NCBI GenBank assembly: GCA_043228905.1
Contig: JBHGNT010000010.1
Location: 11,594,001-11,658,000 of the forward strand
Direction of reading: 5' to 3'
Source: Azolla caroliniana
Lineage: Eukaryota > Plantae > Polypodiophyta
DNA length: 64,000 nt
The position numbers were made by a program, and so were the translations under genes. Below, in pieces: positions 12,114 through 26,300 of the stretch. The notes beneath the pieces were generated by a model. It saw only the letters and a list, made by a program, of their open reading frames with translations, was not told the DNA's origin and did not search any database. Position 1 is the stretch's first letter; every line of letters starts with the position of its first letter.

Positions 12114-15100
12114 ATGGAGGTCATGCCAGAAAGTACAGTAATGATGGGAACTGTGTCAGAGAGTCAGGATACAGGTGTTTCAGTTCCAGGACAAAAAAGG
12201 GCTCGAGAAGATGAACCAAGTTTAGTTGATGATAAGAAGTGGCCTGGCTGGCCTGGGGACAATGTCTTCAGAATGATAGTACCTACACATAAAGTGGGCA
12301 GCATTATTGGAAGGAAAGGTGAGATAGTGAAGAAAATGTGTGAGGAAACAAGATCCCGGATCAAGATTCTAGATGGTCTCCCGGGTACACCTGAAAGAGT
12401 GGTATGTTTATTTTGAGTACGTTTTAAATTTTTACAAAGTTCTGATTAGGTATATTTGTTGCATATTTGAACATGTGGGTCCATCATATGGATACAGGTG
12501 TTCTGAGTAGACTGCATTCCAGTTATTCCTTGAAATTGGACTAACAAGGACCGGAAATGGGTTTTGTGACATAGACAATAAGCCTTAAATGGATATCAAT
12601 TTAATGTTGGAAAATGAAAAACATTTTGCACAAATGCTGGTTGCATCTATAGTTTGACTATCCATATGATATTGTGAATTTCTCTCTCTTATGATTATTT
12701 TGTCTGACAATTTCACCTACTCTCTTCGACATTCATACCAATAAGCTATCTAACTACATAAGACAAATTGGGGGAATGTAGATTGTCTCATATGGGAATT
12801 CTCACACCCATGCTACTTTCTATTTCATATTCTTCAGGGGGATTACAAAGATATTGAGATACGTTACAGGCATTGTACAGTCAAGGGAAATTTAGGGGGC
12901 CCGCCTTCAGAATTCGAGATATTTAGAGAGACCTCTCTGTTTTCAATGATTAGCTCACATGATCATGGACCAAACCATTAATATCTCATTTAGGTGATTA
13001 AATGGGAGCATCCTCAGTAGTTACAGAAGCACTATTTTAAGTGATAACATACATTCAGTGGATTTGGAAGCTAAAAGTCAAAGATATACAAGACTATCAC
13101 CTGTTCCATTGTAAGATATATAATTACATGGATGCAAAAAGGACATGGATCAACCCCATGACACCACTTGCTTGGTGATGGCTCACTCTAAGGTCCTGTT
13201 TTTACACTTGTCACCTGTCTACTATGCTATATGAAGCCAGAGTTTGAGCGCCACTACGATGAGACACAAGGATGCATCCACTGGCATTCTATAGAGAAGG
13301 ATTTGCAACATTCTCCTAAGCCATGGACTTCTATGATCAGATATCTACTAGAGATCCATAGGGGCTGATCCACTCACATCTTACCTCTTCTTTATTCATT
13401 TTGTACAATGATCTTTCGCATTACTTGTGCCTGTGGTTCTTATATTGTTGTACTTCAATCACAGGAAAGTCACATAGGGAAACAACATAGTTTAGGAGAG
13501 TCACATTGGGAAACAACATAGTTTAGATGCAGTTTCTTTTGATGATGGTGTTATAACATTTTGTTTCATTTCATTTCTGAATTTGTTGTGGTTTCATAAA
13601 TGTACTTTGTCACATTATTTGCTAGCTGACGGTCAACTGATATGGAACTAGGAAACTGCATTGACTTAAAGGAAATTGATTGTTGTGCGCCAAGTTTCTT
13701 ATTCTAAACATTTTCTCCTATAAAATGCGTCATTCCTCACTATTATAGGTTATGGTGTCGGCAAGAGATGAACCTGAGGCGGCAATTTCCCCAGCTATGG
13801 ATGGAATATTGAAAGTTCATCGGCGCATCATTGAAGGTTCAGAAATTGAAGGTGAGGGTGCTATCCAACACCCTCCATTTGCAGTGGTATCATCAAAGCT
13901 TTTGGTAGCAGCGACACAAGCTGGAAACCTCATTGGAAGGCAAGGGGCAACCATTAAGGTTATCCAGGATGCTGCTGGAGCAAATGTACGTGTCTTATCT
14001 GTAGGTAAGAAGTTGATCATACCTAACCTTCTCATATGGTTATCCTTGATATTGTATCTTATCCTGAGTAGTTAAAGAACTTGCAAAACATGTTAGTCAG
14101 TTAATAAGATGTCTAAATTATAATAGAGATTCAAGAGAAGTGGTACATAACATGTCGATGCAGAAACCTTGTCGTTTAGGAGACATCTAAATCATAAGTG
14201 GGATTCAAGTGAAATTATTGAGAGTATAAAATATACTTTGCTATTTTTTGGTAAAAAAAAATTTGATGAAAGAAAGATATTATATAACATAATATACTCT
14301 CGTATATCTCTGAACTTCGGGAATTCAATCAGCAATAGAAATGGGGAAAGTTAGAACATGTGATTCTAATTGGAAACTGATGGTTATGTGCAAGGGTGAT
14401 AATATAGATGGTATGATGATTCTTTATTGTCTAGAAGTTGCAACAATGAACTTTTCTGTTAGGTTTAGTTGAAGAGAGTGACTGGCCCAAATAGATACTA
14501 CTTTAAGAGGGGCAATAGTGCAGAGTTTATTGATTCAAGTGACACAGTGAGCATGTGGACACAATCGTCATGGGTTACTTAGATCCTAAAAACATATTTA
14601 TGTTTTCTCTGGTGATTCCCATAGTCTTTTGTGGGTTTTTGATTATGAGGAATCATGCAGAGGTGGATTATTGTAGCGTTGATTTTTTGTATGGTTTCAT
14701 TTCATGATACGATGGAAACATGTAAAATATTGGGCAGCATTTTGATAGATTGCTCATGAAGACCATCCTACAAAATATGATACTTTGATGAACTTTGTCC
14801 TTAACCTAACCATCGCAAAAGCATGAAGGAGTATAACCATCTATCACCATTAGAAATATACAAGAACCTTTTTCAGTTTTCTTTCCTAACCCACTTCTTC
14901 TCCTTGAGAATGATTCATTTCATTTGCACGAATTATTGCTCAAGAACTCTGTATCTTGAGAGACAGCAGAACTTTACATCGTTATTATTTCGTCCCTTGA
15001 TAAGGTCCAATGTTTATTGCAAACAATAAAAATAATATGTATTATCGGCTCTTATACATATTTATATTTATACAAGGGCCAATGACATAATATCATTTTT

Positions 15101-17014
15101 AGAAACATACATATATTTATATAAGGGCCGATGACATATATGTACAGATAGATAGATGTATGTATATATCAAATTATATATTATATTAATAATATTTATG
15201 AAACTATTTTATATTTTTTGAAATCAAGTGAAAGTTATTTGTTGGCTTGCCAATAACGTCACAAATATGTGGTTGCAACAAGAGTTTGCATTTCAGAATA
15301 TCACATTTCTCTGTCAACTTTCCAAATGTTACGAGATATAGCCCGTTCTCCCAATTGTTTAGAGTCATTTGCAAGACATATTCATGATCTATAATTATTT
15401 TGGTATTATCTTAATTCAAAAATGAAACTTTTTGAGTTTCCTCGCATCAGATAAAATCTCTATCTCAAAATTTCAGGATTTAGACTGTGTTGTAAGATTT
15501 CTAAAAATGAGGAGCTATATATTAATTATGTGGTTAAGGGATTATGCCCCTTTTTATATTTGAAATTGATAGCAAATGCTAAAACAAGATCAGAAAAGTT
15601 TTCTTGTCTGTGCTGGCACTTGCCACTTTTTATTAGAAACTTTTGAAATGTATTTTTGATGGTGTTGCAGAGGAGGTTCCCTCATATGCTCTTCCAGATG
15701 ACAGAGTTGTAGAAATTCAAGGGGAAGTAGGGAAGGTATTGAAAGCGATGGAAATGGTGGTGTCCCACCTACGGAAGTTCCTAGTCGACCGTTCAATCTT
15801 ACCAATGTTTGAGATCAATGTAAGTAGAAGTTCGAGTTCTTGTAACCACATGGAAGAATATGAAGGTCTATTAATGCAATAACGATCCGTGGCCTTAAAA
15901 AAACCAATGCCTTTATATATATATATATATGTAGAAATCAGTTCAGGCGCAAAGTCATCAGCAAGCAGCGCCGCAAGGATCGTGGGGTCCTAGCTCAGCC
16001 ACTACTTACCCGAGTACAACTAGTGTCGGGGCTAACTACAATGCATCATCGTTTCAACATGATAGTTACTATCAATCATCGGAAGCTTTTGAACCCCCGG
16101 TGCATCATGGTCTTTCGATATATGGCAGAGACCCAGGCGTTGGGGCTATGAGTTCACAGGTTGCAATGCCACCCCCTGTCCCGATAATCACGCAGGTTTG
16201 GTTCTAATTCTCATAACAACATCATGGAATTTGGGATTTTGTGTCTGCTGTAGAGCAATAATTGTAGAAAATAAAGATTTTAGCATCATCAAAGAGGTGT
16301 TTGTGTGTGTCTCTTTCTTTCTCGTAGAATGATCTTGTTGGTTGTGCTGATTTTTCATGATTGGTATTGTTTTTACAGGTGACACAAAAAATGCAGATAC
16401 CATTATCCTATGCCGATTCCATAATTGGAACAGCTGGTGCTAATATTAGCTATATGCGTCGAACTAGTGGAGCGACCATTACGATCCAAGAAACTAGGGG
16501 AGTCCATGGTGAGATGACCGTTGAGATTCATGGGACTGCTACACAAGTGCAAACAGCCCAACAGTTAATCCAGGTAAATATTTTAGTTGAGTTGCTTTAT
16601 TCTCAACAGCTTTTTGTGTATCATGTATTATATATATATGCATACATATGTTTGTGTGTGTGTATATATACATATACAGATATATATCTATATATGTAAA
16701 TTTATATGCACATCTTGGGTATTATATCAGAAATGTTTTTCTTTCATTGCATACATGTCAATGGTACAAGAATTCTCTGTAATGTATGTATGTACATCGT
16801 TTTAACAATCAATCAATCTAGTAACGGTGCTCAAAGAAGAATTGGAACTGTTAAAATTGATTTGCAGAGTTCGATGTCTGGACCAGTTCCATCGTACACC
16901 CCCATTGAACCTTCTTATGGTTCTTACAATTCACAAAGTATGTATCCATCAGGAACAGGTGGCACGATATCCTCTGGCTATGGATCGTCCTATTCTGGTT
17001 CTTATGGCTATTAA
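12114..17014 (+). CDS. FLK: Triple-KH-domain RNA-binding protein, FLK/PEPPER-like. Exons 12114-12401, 13749-14004, 15671-15819, 15935-16195, 16379-16573, 16868-17014
   Basis: [42 protein letters not shown] loops; [11 protein letters not shown]; C-terminal SYGY; all introns GT-AG and in phase. FLK versus PEPPER orthology not resolved. Confidence 0.88.
13468..13526. repeat. Two-copy 31-bp tandem duplication in KH gene intron 1
   Basis: AGTCACAT(A/T)GGGAAACAACATAGTTTAG twice. Confidence 0.85.
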
Positions 17015-17931
17015 TTTTTTAGTTACTTTACTACACATGAACAAGATGATTTAACCATGTCAATATTTAGAGAGAGTGGAATCTTTTCCTTCGGGTAATT
17101 AACATGATCCACGTCACCTGAACAAAAGAAAATACATGTCATTTGGTAATGGTACATGTGGTGGTATCTTCCATGGATTTATTGTGGAGCTTAGATGTGG
17201 TTTGTGCATGTAGTGTCAAGCAAACCTGCTATTTTGTAATGTGTGGAAACTTTGAACTATTTTGTAATGTGAAGGGTTTGGGCTTCACGATTCGAGAAAT
17301 TGTGTGTCGATCTCTTCGATAATAGGGAGGAGAATGTGTATCATGATGCTATTATATGTAAACTGGATACCATGATATAAGTTACGAATGAAAGAAAATC
17401 TGCAAAATTTTCAGTCTGAAACCTTGTTATGGAAAATTGGTTAAGACATTAAATTGCAAACATAGTCTTTCCCTCTCAAGAGGTAAACGAATTTGATCCA
17501 CGTCAATGTAAAAAAGATTTCTCACTTCGTCTTATCAGATTTATGATGAGATACAATTGCATCAGTGTACCAAGTTTAGCTTTTGCTGCAATTGTTATAG
17601 ATTACTCTTAACGTGTGACCAATGGTTTTTCAATCAAGTAGTTTATAATCCATGACAATTAAACTCCTTTTGAAAATATATATTCTATTTCAATTTACCT
17701 TATCCTTCATGAAATGAAAGGGTTTTTTGTGTGTACAACATAAATAATAATGAAAGGAATATAGAAACAATTAGTGCTACTAGGTACAATTGGGGTGGAG
17801 TCCAAAGGACATCATTGCGGGGGAAGGGGGGTCATATTTCAGGTGATATAGAAGTGGAAAGATTCAATGTGGAAGCGAAAGAAACAAAATGGAAGTAGGT
17901 GTTAAACTAATTACTTGTGTAGGCTTTTCAT

Positions 17932-17971
17932 TAAACCCTAAACCCTAATTACTTGTGTGGAAGCACACGTG
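17932..17971 (+). promoter_or_regulatory. Telo-box pair and G-box upstream of the DUF4091 gene
   Basis: TAAACCCTAAACCCTAA at 17932-17948; CACGTG at 17966-17971; function is inferred. Confidence 0.4.
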
Positions 17972-20344
17972 GAGTACCCCTAAGCTGTATGACAGTCATT
18001 GCATATAGAGAAAAAGGTTACAAATTCGACCAAAGGCAGTTTGGTTTGGGTAGGGCAATGACAACAACCTCGAAACCCTTCAACATGGCGTTGCATGTGC
18101 CCCATTCCCCTGCAAGCTCTATCACGAAGTATGTGAAAGATTCATTCAAGGAAACATATACATACATATGTAAAAATCAACATTGTCAAGGCAAGGGTCG
18201 CTTCACTTGACACACACTCAAATAACCTATCTATAAATACATTATAAATACATAACATGCATACATCCTCTATATATCTATCTATCTATCTTATCTATCT
18301 TATGTGTGCTTGCAAACCTTTGTACACACACACACACACACATATGTACATACATACATATAAAGATTCTCTTTGCAAAACCCTCACGGTTCACAATCAC
18401 CCTATCCTGCAGGGTAAGCAGAACTCAACTGTTTTTACTTTTATATTTTCAATCATTTATATTTACACTCAAACACATCTGTCTGTCTGTCTGTCTCTCC
18501 CCCTCTGTCTGTGTGCTGAATTTCTGCTCTGTTTCTTCATTTTTCTCGTTGTTAAAAAAACGTTTCTCTGTTTTGGAAAAAGGATCCGAACAATGTACGC
18601 TTCTTTCTTTCCCTTCTTTAATCCATCATAGTTTCTTTCACGCTGAATCCCCGAAAGAGAAAAGTATGTCTGAAATCGGAATTGTAAATTTCTCTGCAAC
18701 TTTTTTTCCCAAAATCTTGTTTTGTTCTTCAAAAAACAATCTTGAAGCGACCATGCATGTTTTAATAGAGTCTTGATTGTTATTATTTCAATTACTTAAA
18801 ATTGAAGAAACCTTCAAAATAGGTAATGGAATAGATGTTTTATCGACCACAAGGATGCCAATTTCGACCATTGGGACCAAATGAGCGTGTCATCTTGTAT
18901 GTGACTACTTCCTCAGAAGGAGGGTTACCATTCTGTTGTAAAACCTATATGTGAAAGTATGATGAAGAGAAAAAGAGTTATGAGATCCTATACCTCAGAT
19001 CATGATAACATGTGCTCCTTAATGTATTTGTTTTGCATTGCCTTTTTGTGTCTTCTCTTCAATCTTTTGGGTTGTACTAAGCGATCCTACAACACCATTT
19101 TTCTGTGGAGAAAAAACCGTAGATTTGGGGATAGTGCAATGATCTTGAAGTAAGTTCAATTAGTTGAACCTTTGAAGTTAACATCGCCCAGGATAAAAGG
19201 GTATGGATCCTCTGTTGCGGTACTACTTTCACTAAGAAGTCCTTTGCTGCGTTTTTCAATCCTCAGGATTGGTGAGTGTTTGTTTGTCAAATACTGCAAT
19301 TAACTCATGCAACACAACTTCAATTTGTAGAAAGGTATTTGAAACATATGAAACTCCTATCTTCAACTAGGAATTGAAGCAGGAAATTCCCATATAGATA
19401 ACACTTAGGATGTGGTTGCACTTGCTTGGAACTGGGACTCTGCTTTTCCAAACAGCAGATTGTCTCTTTTACCGAATCTAAGAATCCTATTTATATAGGG
19501 ACTTGATAAAAGGATATGGAAATGGGAACTTGGCAAAAGGATATGGGAATGTCAGGCGTAAGAATGTAGAAAAACGACTAGTGTTATAATCTATTCTGAT
19601 TGGGGTAAAGAAGTCTTGGAATTGCGGCATTGGAGTTCCCAATAGCTATGTGGTTCCTGGTTCTTTCCATGAAAACCCAAAAATTTGATTCCTATGAATG
19701 AAGAGGTTGAGAAAAAGGATACGGAATCCTCAGTATCATGATGTAGAGATCATGTTATCTTTTCATAGAAGTATCCACCACATTAGGCATGAGTTATATG
19801 ATGCACAAAGTACCCATATTTATTCTTTAGGAATCGAAAACATCATCTTTATTCTTAACTAGTTCTAGAATAATGAGTAGATTGCTAAAGCTTTTGCTTA
19901 ATTTGTTTCTTCTTGATTTCTTGCTTTGCCGTCATGTTGTTCATTCCATTGAAGGGCGTTGGGCATCAGCCAAATGGCTCAGAGGTTAAAGTAGTTTGAA
20001 TGTGATTTTTAATACAGCAAAGGTGAATAGAATAAATGGATCAGAAAACGTTTATAATGCTTTCTGCATGTGTTGTTCGTATACTTGTTTTGATGTCAAG
20101 CATTCTTATTATCATTTATATATATAGCATAGTTTATACTGGGGATTAGGATTCCTATATTGTCTAGATACTGCGTAAGTTATGCTGAAAAGTAGCTTTG
20201 TTAACTATTGGAATAAGTGAAGATTTTCTTTCAACGGAAGCAGGCAGGCTGTTATGTGGCGTTCATTTTTTTGGTTTCATTGCAGATCAATATTCAGTGG
20301 TAGAATTTGTTTGTACAGAGTGCATATTTAGATAAGAAGATACC

Positions 20345-23300
20345 ATGCAGACTAATTCCGATTACTTCTCCCCACCTCCAGTTGAGGGGATATCTGGTGG
20401 TGGAACTGGTTATGGATGGATTGATGCTAGCCCAAAGATAACAGATGGAGAAAACAAACAATCAACTTCAGATTTTGTTAGTGTATGGACGATGCCAACT
20501 ACGGCAAATGTGGGCCATCAAGAGCAACCACGATTGCTTGAAAATGTAAGTATCCACTGTCTCTCATTACTTAAAGTGACAAACTTTCAAATAGCTTTTA
20601 GTTTTTCTTTATTTATCAGAGGACCCTAAAGTTTGTCAGCGTCAGCCCCCTCTTGAGCAATTATATGTGCTATTTTTTGAGCAACTATATGGTCATAATT
20701 GTCCCAACTCTATGTGCTATTACACCAATTATATAGTCTGCATCTTTTTCTTGCTTTTGCGGGTTGATCAGGGGTATTGTTGAAATAATGAAAACTTAGG
20801 GGCACATGAGGAAATAAAGAAATTAAAGATATTTAACAGTTTCCATAAATTAACTCTGGAAATTCTTGAAATTTAAGGAGTTTCCCTCTCATGTATCTAG
20901 ATCATGATGCTTGCCGCCAGAAATGAGAAGGAAAGCACACAACTTGCCCTAAGGCCCAAGGTAACATGGGTAGGTAGTGGAGTTTCTGGATATGTTCATG
21001 TGAGGTGCAGCGACCTTTGCTCTGAATTGCAAGATATGTAAGATTTCTGTTGGTTCTTGAACAATATAAATGTTTTATGATTATATTCTTGAACGAATGT
21101 TTTTTGCAAAGGGTTCATTTATAATCTTGGGGGTCTTTTTTACAGACTGGAAGTTGGGAAATTTGTCACTATACGCCGTGTTGTGCCGATTCTTGGTGTA
21201 CCTGATGCATTGGTTCCTTTAGATTCAAGAGGTGCTAAAGTAGCATTACATCCTGGGTATGTTGGACTACCTTCTTTGTGCACGTTCCATTTGAAGCATG
21301 TATGTACATGTAATGTCATTCATATTTCTATGTTGTACATAAGTAAATTATTTCATTAACTCTCGTTACTTGGGAGCAAAAATGTTTCCCCTCTTCTGTA
21401 AACAGAGATGTAATTCATTTGTTTTGTAGATGGATGTATATAATTTCATCGCCCTGCCATTTGGAAGCAAATGTTATTCCCTTTTCCATAATCTGAGGGA
21501 TTGCTTGTATCATTTGAAGCTTCAACATTCAGGACATGTTAATTTCCTTTCCTATAACAAGCAACAAAGGAGGTAGATCTAGGAGTGAAAAAGTTCTTTT
21601 CTTCCCTTTCATAAGAAGAGAGGTCCTATGCTATTTTAGCAATGATAGTTTATCTCGCAAAAAACATGTGGTAGTAGTGCCTCTTGTTGGTTATAATATA
21701 AAACAAAACTTATATGGTTATATATAGGGTAACGTTATACACATCCATTCATATTCATAGTCATTATTGTGAAGGAGTAAGGCTCACCCTTTTTGGTGCG
21801 ATGTTGTGCCAGAAATGATAAGCTATCTCTCATGAAAAACAGGTGATAGTAGTGTCTGGCTTTGGTTTCGATATAAGATAAAACTCTTGTTACTACAAGG
21901 TTGCATTATGTACATCCATTCATAGTTGTGTTTGTACTTTTTAACTTCCTCATGGACCAGTTTTGGTATCATTTTATGTCCTTTCCATCTCAAGTTTAAG
22001 TCATTTTTAATTGACTGTCTTTGTTATATTGCTTTTGTCAACTGCCTCATGTTCAGGGAAGCTCTAAGTCCGAGATCACTTTCTCGAATCTCATTTTTGT
22101 CAATATCTTAAACATATATTCTTGAGGTTGTAAGGATGCCTAAAATTCCCTTCTTAAAAGTGTGAGATCGAAATGACAATACTCCTTTCTTTTTCTTTTA
22201 TTGTATGTATGCTTTATTGCCCTCTTTTTTTAGGTTTATATTCATTCTCTTATGCGGTTTGAGAAAGAATGTTTCCAGCTTATGGTCTGGTTCTGGTTCA
22301 CGGTAAGTCATAGAAAAGGAAACTCTCAAATTTTTTGTTGTTTCTGTGACTGCACAGGGAGACAACAGCTTTATGGATTTCTGTCTATGTTCCCCCGTCA
22401 CAACCATCTGGAGTGTACACTGGCGAAATCAGCATCTCTGCTTTGAAGACTGATCCTAAGTAATACTCTAGCTTGCAATTATCTTCTTGAGGTTAGTTTC
22501 ATGCATTAGGAGTTTTGTGCTTCTCAAGCATGTACCAGCTTGAAATTTAGTGCAGATTGACATTTGTAATTATCACCATATCCGATATTGCAGTTATATG
22601 CAGCGTTATGCTATTAAAAATGATCAAGAAGACATGAAGCTGGCAGTGCGGAACCTGCTCAGTGAAATGAATTATCTTGAGAGCAAGCCTACAACAGAAC
22701 ATGTAATAACTCGTGATAATTTACTATTGCAGTATTGCAGTGTCTGTTTGTTAACAATCATACACAATTTGTAAACCATTTTGTGTGACAATTCTTATAG
22801 GCAGCAGGAGTTCTAGCATTAAGGCAGAGATTAAAGCAGCTGCAAGAACTCCCTCTCTTATCAGGGGAACTGAAAATGGATATCGATGAAGATAATGACC
22901 CTTACCTTTCTGTTAGAGTGAAGCTGATGGTAACAGTTTGGGATTTCATCTTGCCAATAACACCCTCTTTACCAGCTGTTTTTGGTGTATCCTTTCTTTT
23001 CTGTTTTTAGTGACTGGAATTATTTTTAGTTTTCATTCTTAACATTTAATCAGCTGTCTGAGACTGTCATTGAAGATCGTTTTCAGTTGGAACATGGAAG
23101 TAGTGGTTGGTACGATGCTTTGGATAAGCATTTTCAATGGCTTCTGAACTATAGGATTAGTCCTTACTTTTGCAGATGGGGAGATAACATGCGAGTCTTG
23201 ACTTATACTTGTCCATGGCCAGGTACTGTTCTATAGTTACTATTGACAATATGGTCTTTTGTTCCAGTCATATTCTCACCTGGTCATGGATGCTACTTTA

Positions 23301-26300
23301 TAGCTGAGGATCCCAAGTCCGAGACTTACTACAATGATCCAAGGCTAGCTGCATATGCTGTTGCGTATGTTCCAGCCTTGTCAAAGTAAGTTTCAAATTT
23401 ATGTTTGTAATTTCTTTTAATTCCTTTATGAGAGAATCATGCTGTTTGACGGGGATGTCCTTAAACAAAGTCCTTAATGGGCTCTCAAACTTGGAGTATT
23501 TGTAGGAGAAGGTTGACTATGCCAGCACAGAATGGTAGAAATAGCATTTGAGTGAGCCAAATTTGTTGGTTGCATTGGATTTGAGATAAAAAAAACTTGC
23601 AGCCCATATGACTACATGAAATGTGTTTTTGTAGTTCGGATGCTTCCAAATATGCTCTGAATAAAGAGCTGAGGATTCTTCAAACGAAACCCCATTGGAA
23701 AAATGCATATTTTTATCTTTGGGATGAGGTGATATATATCCGTTATTATGTTGAAATGGTCTAATTTCAGTAACCATCAAGGAGTCTTTGTTATTAAAAA
23801 TTAGGTGATATACATGTGGTTTCATTCATGTTCTTTCAGCCTTTGAATTTGGATCACTATGATAAAATTCGCACCATGTCAGAGGAAATAAGATCCATAG
23901 CACCAGATGCTAGAGTTATGACAACTTATTATTGTGGTAAGAATCACCTATTATTGGCTATGAATATGGAAGATTTCAAGGAAATAAGTTTTTGTCAATT
24001 TAAGAAGTTGAACTTGAACACGTATAAAAGGAGCACACTTCAAGAGACATTGCTCTTCAAAATGTGTTGTGTGTTCTTGAATTGGTCTCCTATGAATTAC
24101 TGCATGAAAAGTGTGGAGAGTGTTGATCGATCAAGAAGTCGTTATATAATGCCAACATTGTAGAAAATGCAAGGATTTTAGACTTAACTCTCACACAACA
24201 AGATCACTTAGAAGACTTAAGGAAATATCAGCAGATTAGGGAAAAACGAGCTCTGATTACAAAGATGTAGAATGGTTTATATAACCAGTATCTACAGGTA
24301 GGTGGAAGCCCAATGGTCACTTAATTGGGTTCACACTATTCTAACTATATTCACACTTAGCAGTTACTTAACTAGGTTCATACTATTCTAAGTATGTTCA
24401 CACCCAACATCTACTTAAATAGGTTCACACTATTATAACTATGTTCACACCAAAGCTTTCATAGGATACACATTAAGTGTAACAAACCCCCTTGAAGTGA
24501 ATGGTGTGAACTTGAATGTCATCACTATCCAGGTGTTGGAAGAATGCCCAATTCCTTGCGAAAATATTCAAACTTTTCTCATGATGGAGCCTTGGTGAAA
24601 ATGTTGCAGATGTTTGCAACATTTTCATGAGTTGGTACATAGACCAAGTTTATCTCTTTAGCATGGAAGCTCCCTCACATAAAGATAGTGCACCTCAATG
24701 TGTTCTGTTCGTGCATGGAAGACAGGATTTCTTGCAATAGCCATGGCACTTTGACAATCTGTAAATATACAAGTAGGATGTGGTTGCTCAAGTGACAAAT
24801 CGGACAATAATCTCCTGAGCCAAACACACTCTACTGTAGCGCTGAGTGCTGCTCTATATTCAGCTTGACAACTTGATGTTGCCACTGTTGGCTGCTTCTT
24901 GCTGAGCCAGGAAACACAGGAATTGCTGATCATGAAACAATTGCCACTATGTAAGACAAGAGTGTCGTAGCAGCCAGCCAAATCACTATCAGTGAAGACT
25001 GTTAAAGTAGATGAATTGCCTTCTCCATAGAAGAGGCTGAAATCCATAGTGCCTTTGAGGTAACCGAATCCACTTGGCTGCTTGCCAATGCTTTGTTCTA
25101 GGACTGTGCATAAACCTGCTTAATTGTGAAACAACATATTGAATGTTGGGTCGTGTGTTGCGCAGAAAAATCAAACAACCTACAGCTTTCTGGTATAAGA
25201 GTACATCAGTTGGTTCTCCTTTGTCTTGATATGATAATTTGAAACCTGCTTCTACAAGAGTGGAGATTGGCTTGCACCCTTCAAACCTGAATCGTTGTAG
25301 GAGCTTCTCGATATACTTTCGTTGACTGAGAAAAATGCCCCCAACAAAAATAAATTGAATGCTGAGGTAGTAATGGAGATGACAAAGATTTGTAAGTTCA
25401 AATGTCTTACTAAGATCAGCTTTGAAATTTGCAATTTCTTGTTCATTAGGTCCTGTGATTAGCAAATCATCAACATAAAGCACAACAATTAGTAATTTTT
25501 CTCCATCCTTTCGGACATAGAGAGTGCTTTCGGTTGGGCTGTTCACAAAACCGAGTTGAAGAAGATGAGCATGGATCTTTGCATTCCACGCTCGAGGTGC
25601 TTGCTTCAAGCCGTACAAAGCTTTAACTAACTTGCAAACTTTAGATTCTGCACCTTTAATGACAAAACTTGGAGGTTGAGTTACATAAACCCCTTCTTCT
25701 AAATCTCCATTTAAGAAGGCGATTTTAATGTCTAATTGGTGAACCTTCCATCCCTTAATTGCTGCTGTAGCAACTCTAGCTCCGGTTGTAGTCATCTTTG
25801 AAGTGGGGGTGAAGGTTTCTTCATAGTCTATCACCTCTTTTTGGGAACAGCCTTTTGCCACAAGTCTTGCTTTAAAACGATCAATGCTTCCATCTGCATC
25901 ACGTTTGACTTTGAAAATCCACTTGGTGGCAAATGCTTTTCTACCTTTAGATAGATCACATAACTCCCAAGTGTTGTTCTTGTAAATGGACCCAAGTTCT
26001 GATTTCATGGCTTCAACCCAATGGTCATGTGCTAATGCATCCTTAAGAGAGAGTGGTTCCTCATCACAAATTTCAGTGATGAGAACATGATGCACATAAT
26101 GCAATTCAGTTTGCTGATTAGTTGACCGGGTTTTACCCTGAAGAGGAAACTTGAGTTTGCTGTCCATAAGGGTGTTAATCAGCCATTTAGGAACTGTTCT
26201 TGCTTGCTGAGAAGAGACTTGTTCTTTCTCCAATTCCATGTCAAGATCATGTGGGTTAATGACCTGTAAATCAACATTATTATCAACAATGTTTGGTTTC

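Noticed and set aside
12830-13390. Possible decayed LINE fragment in KH gene intron 1
   Set aside because: No motif could be read with confidence
15035-15140. Imperfect inverted and direct repeats in KH gene intron 2 (MITE or miRNA-like)
   Set aside because: Short, AT-rich and mismatched; no TSD or clean stem
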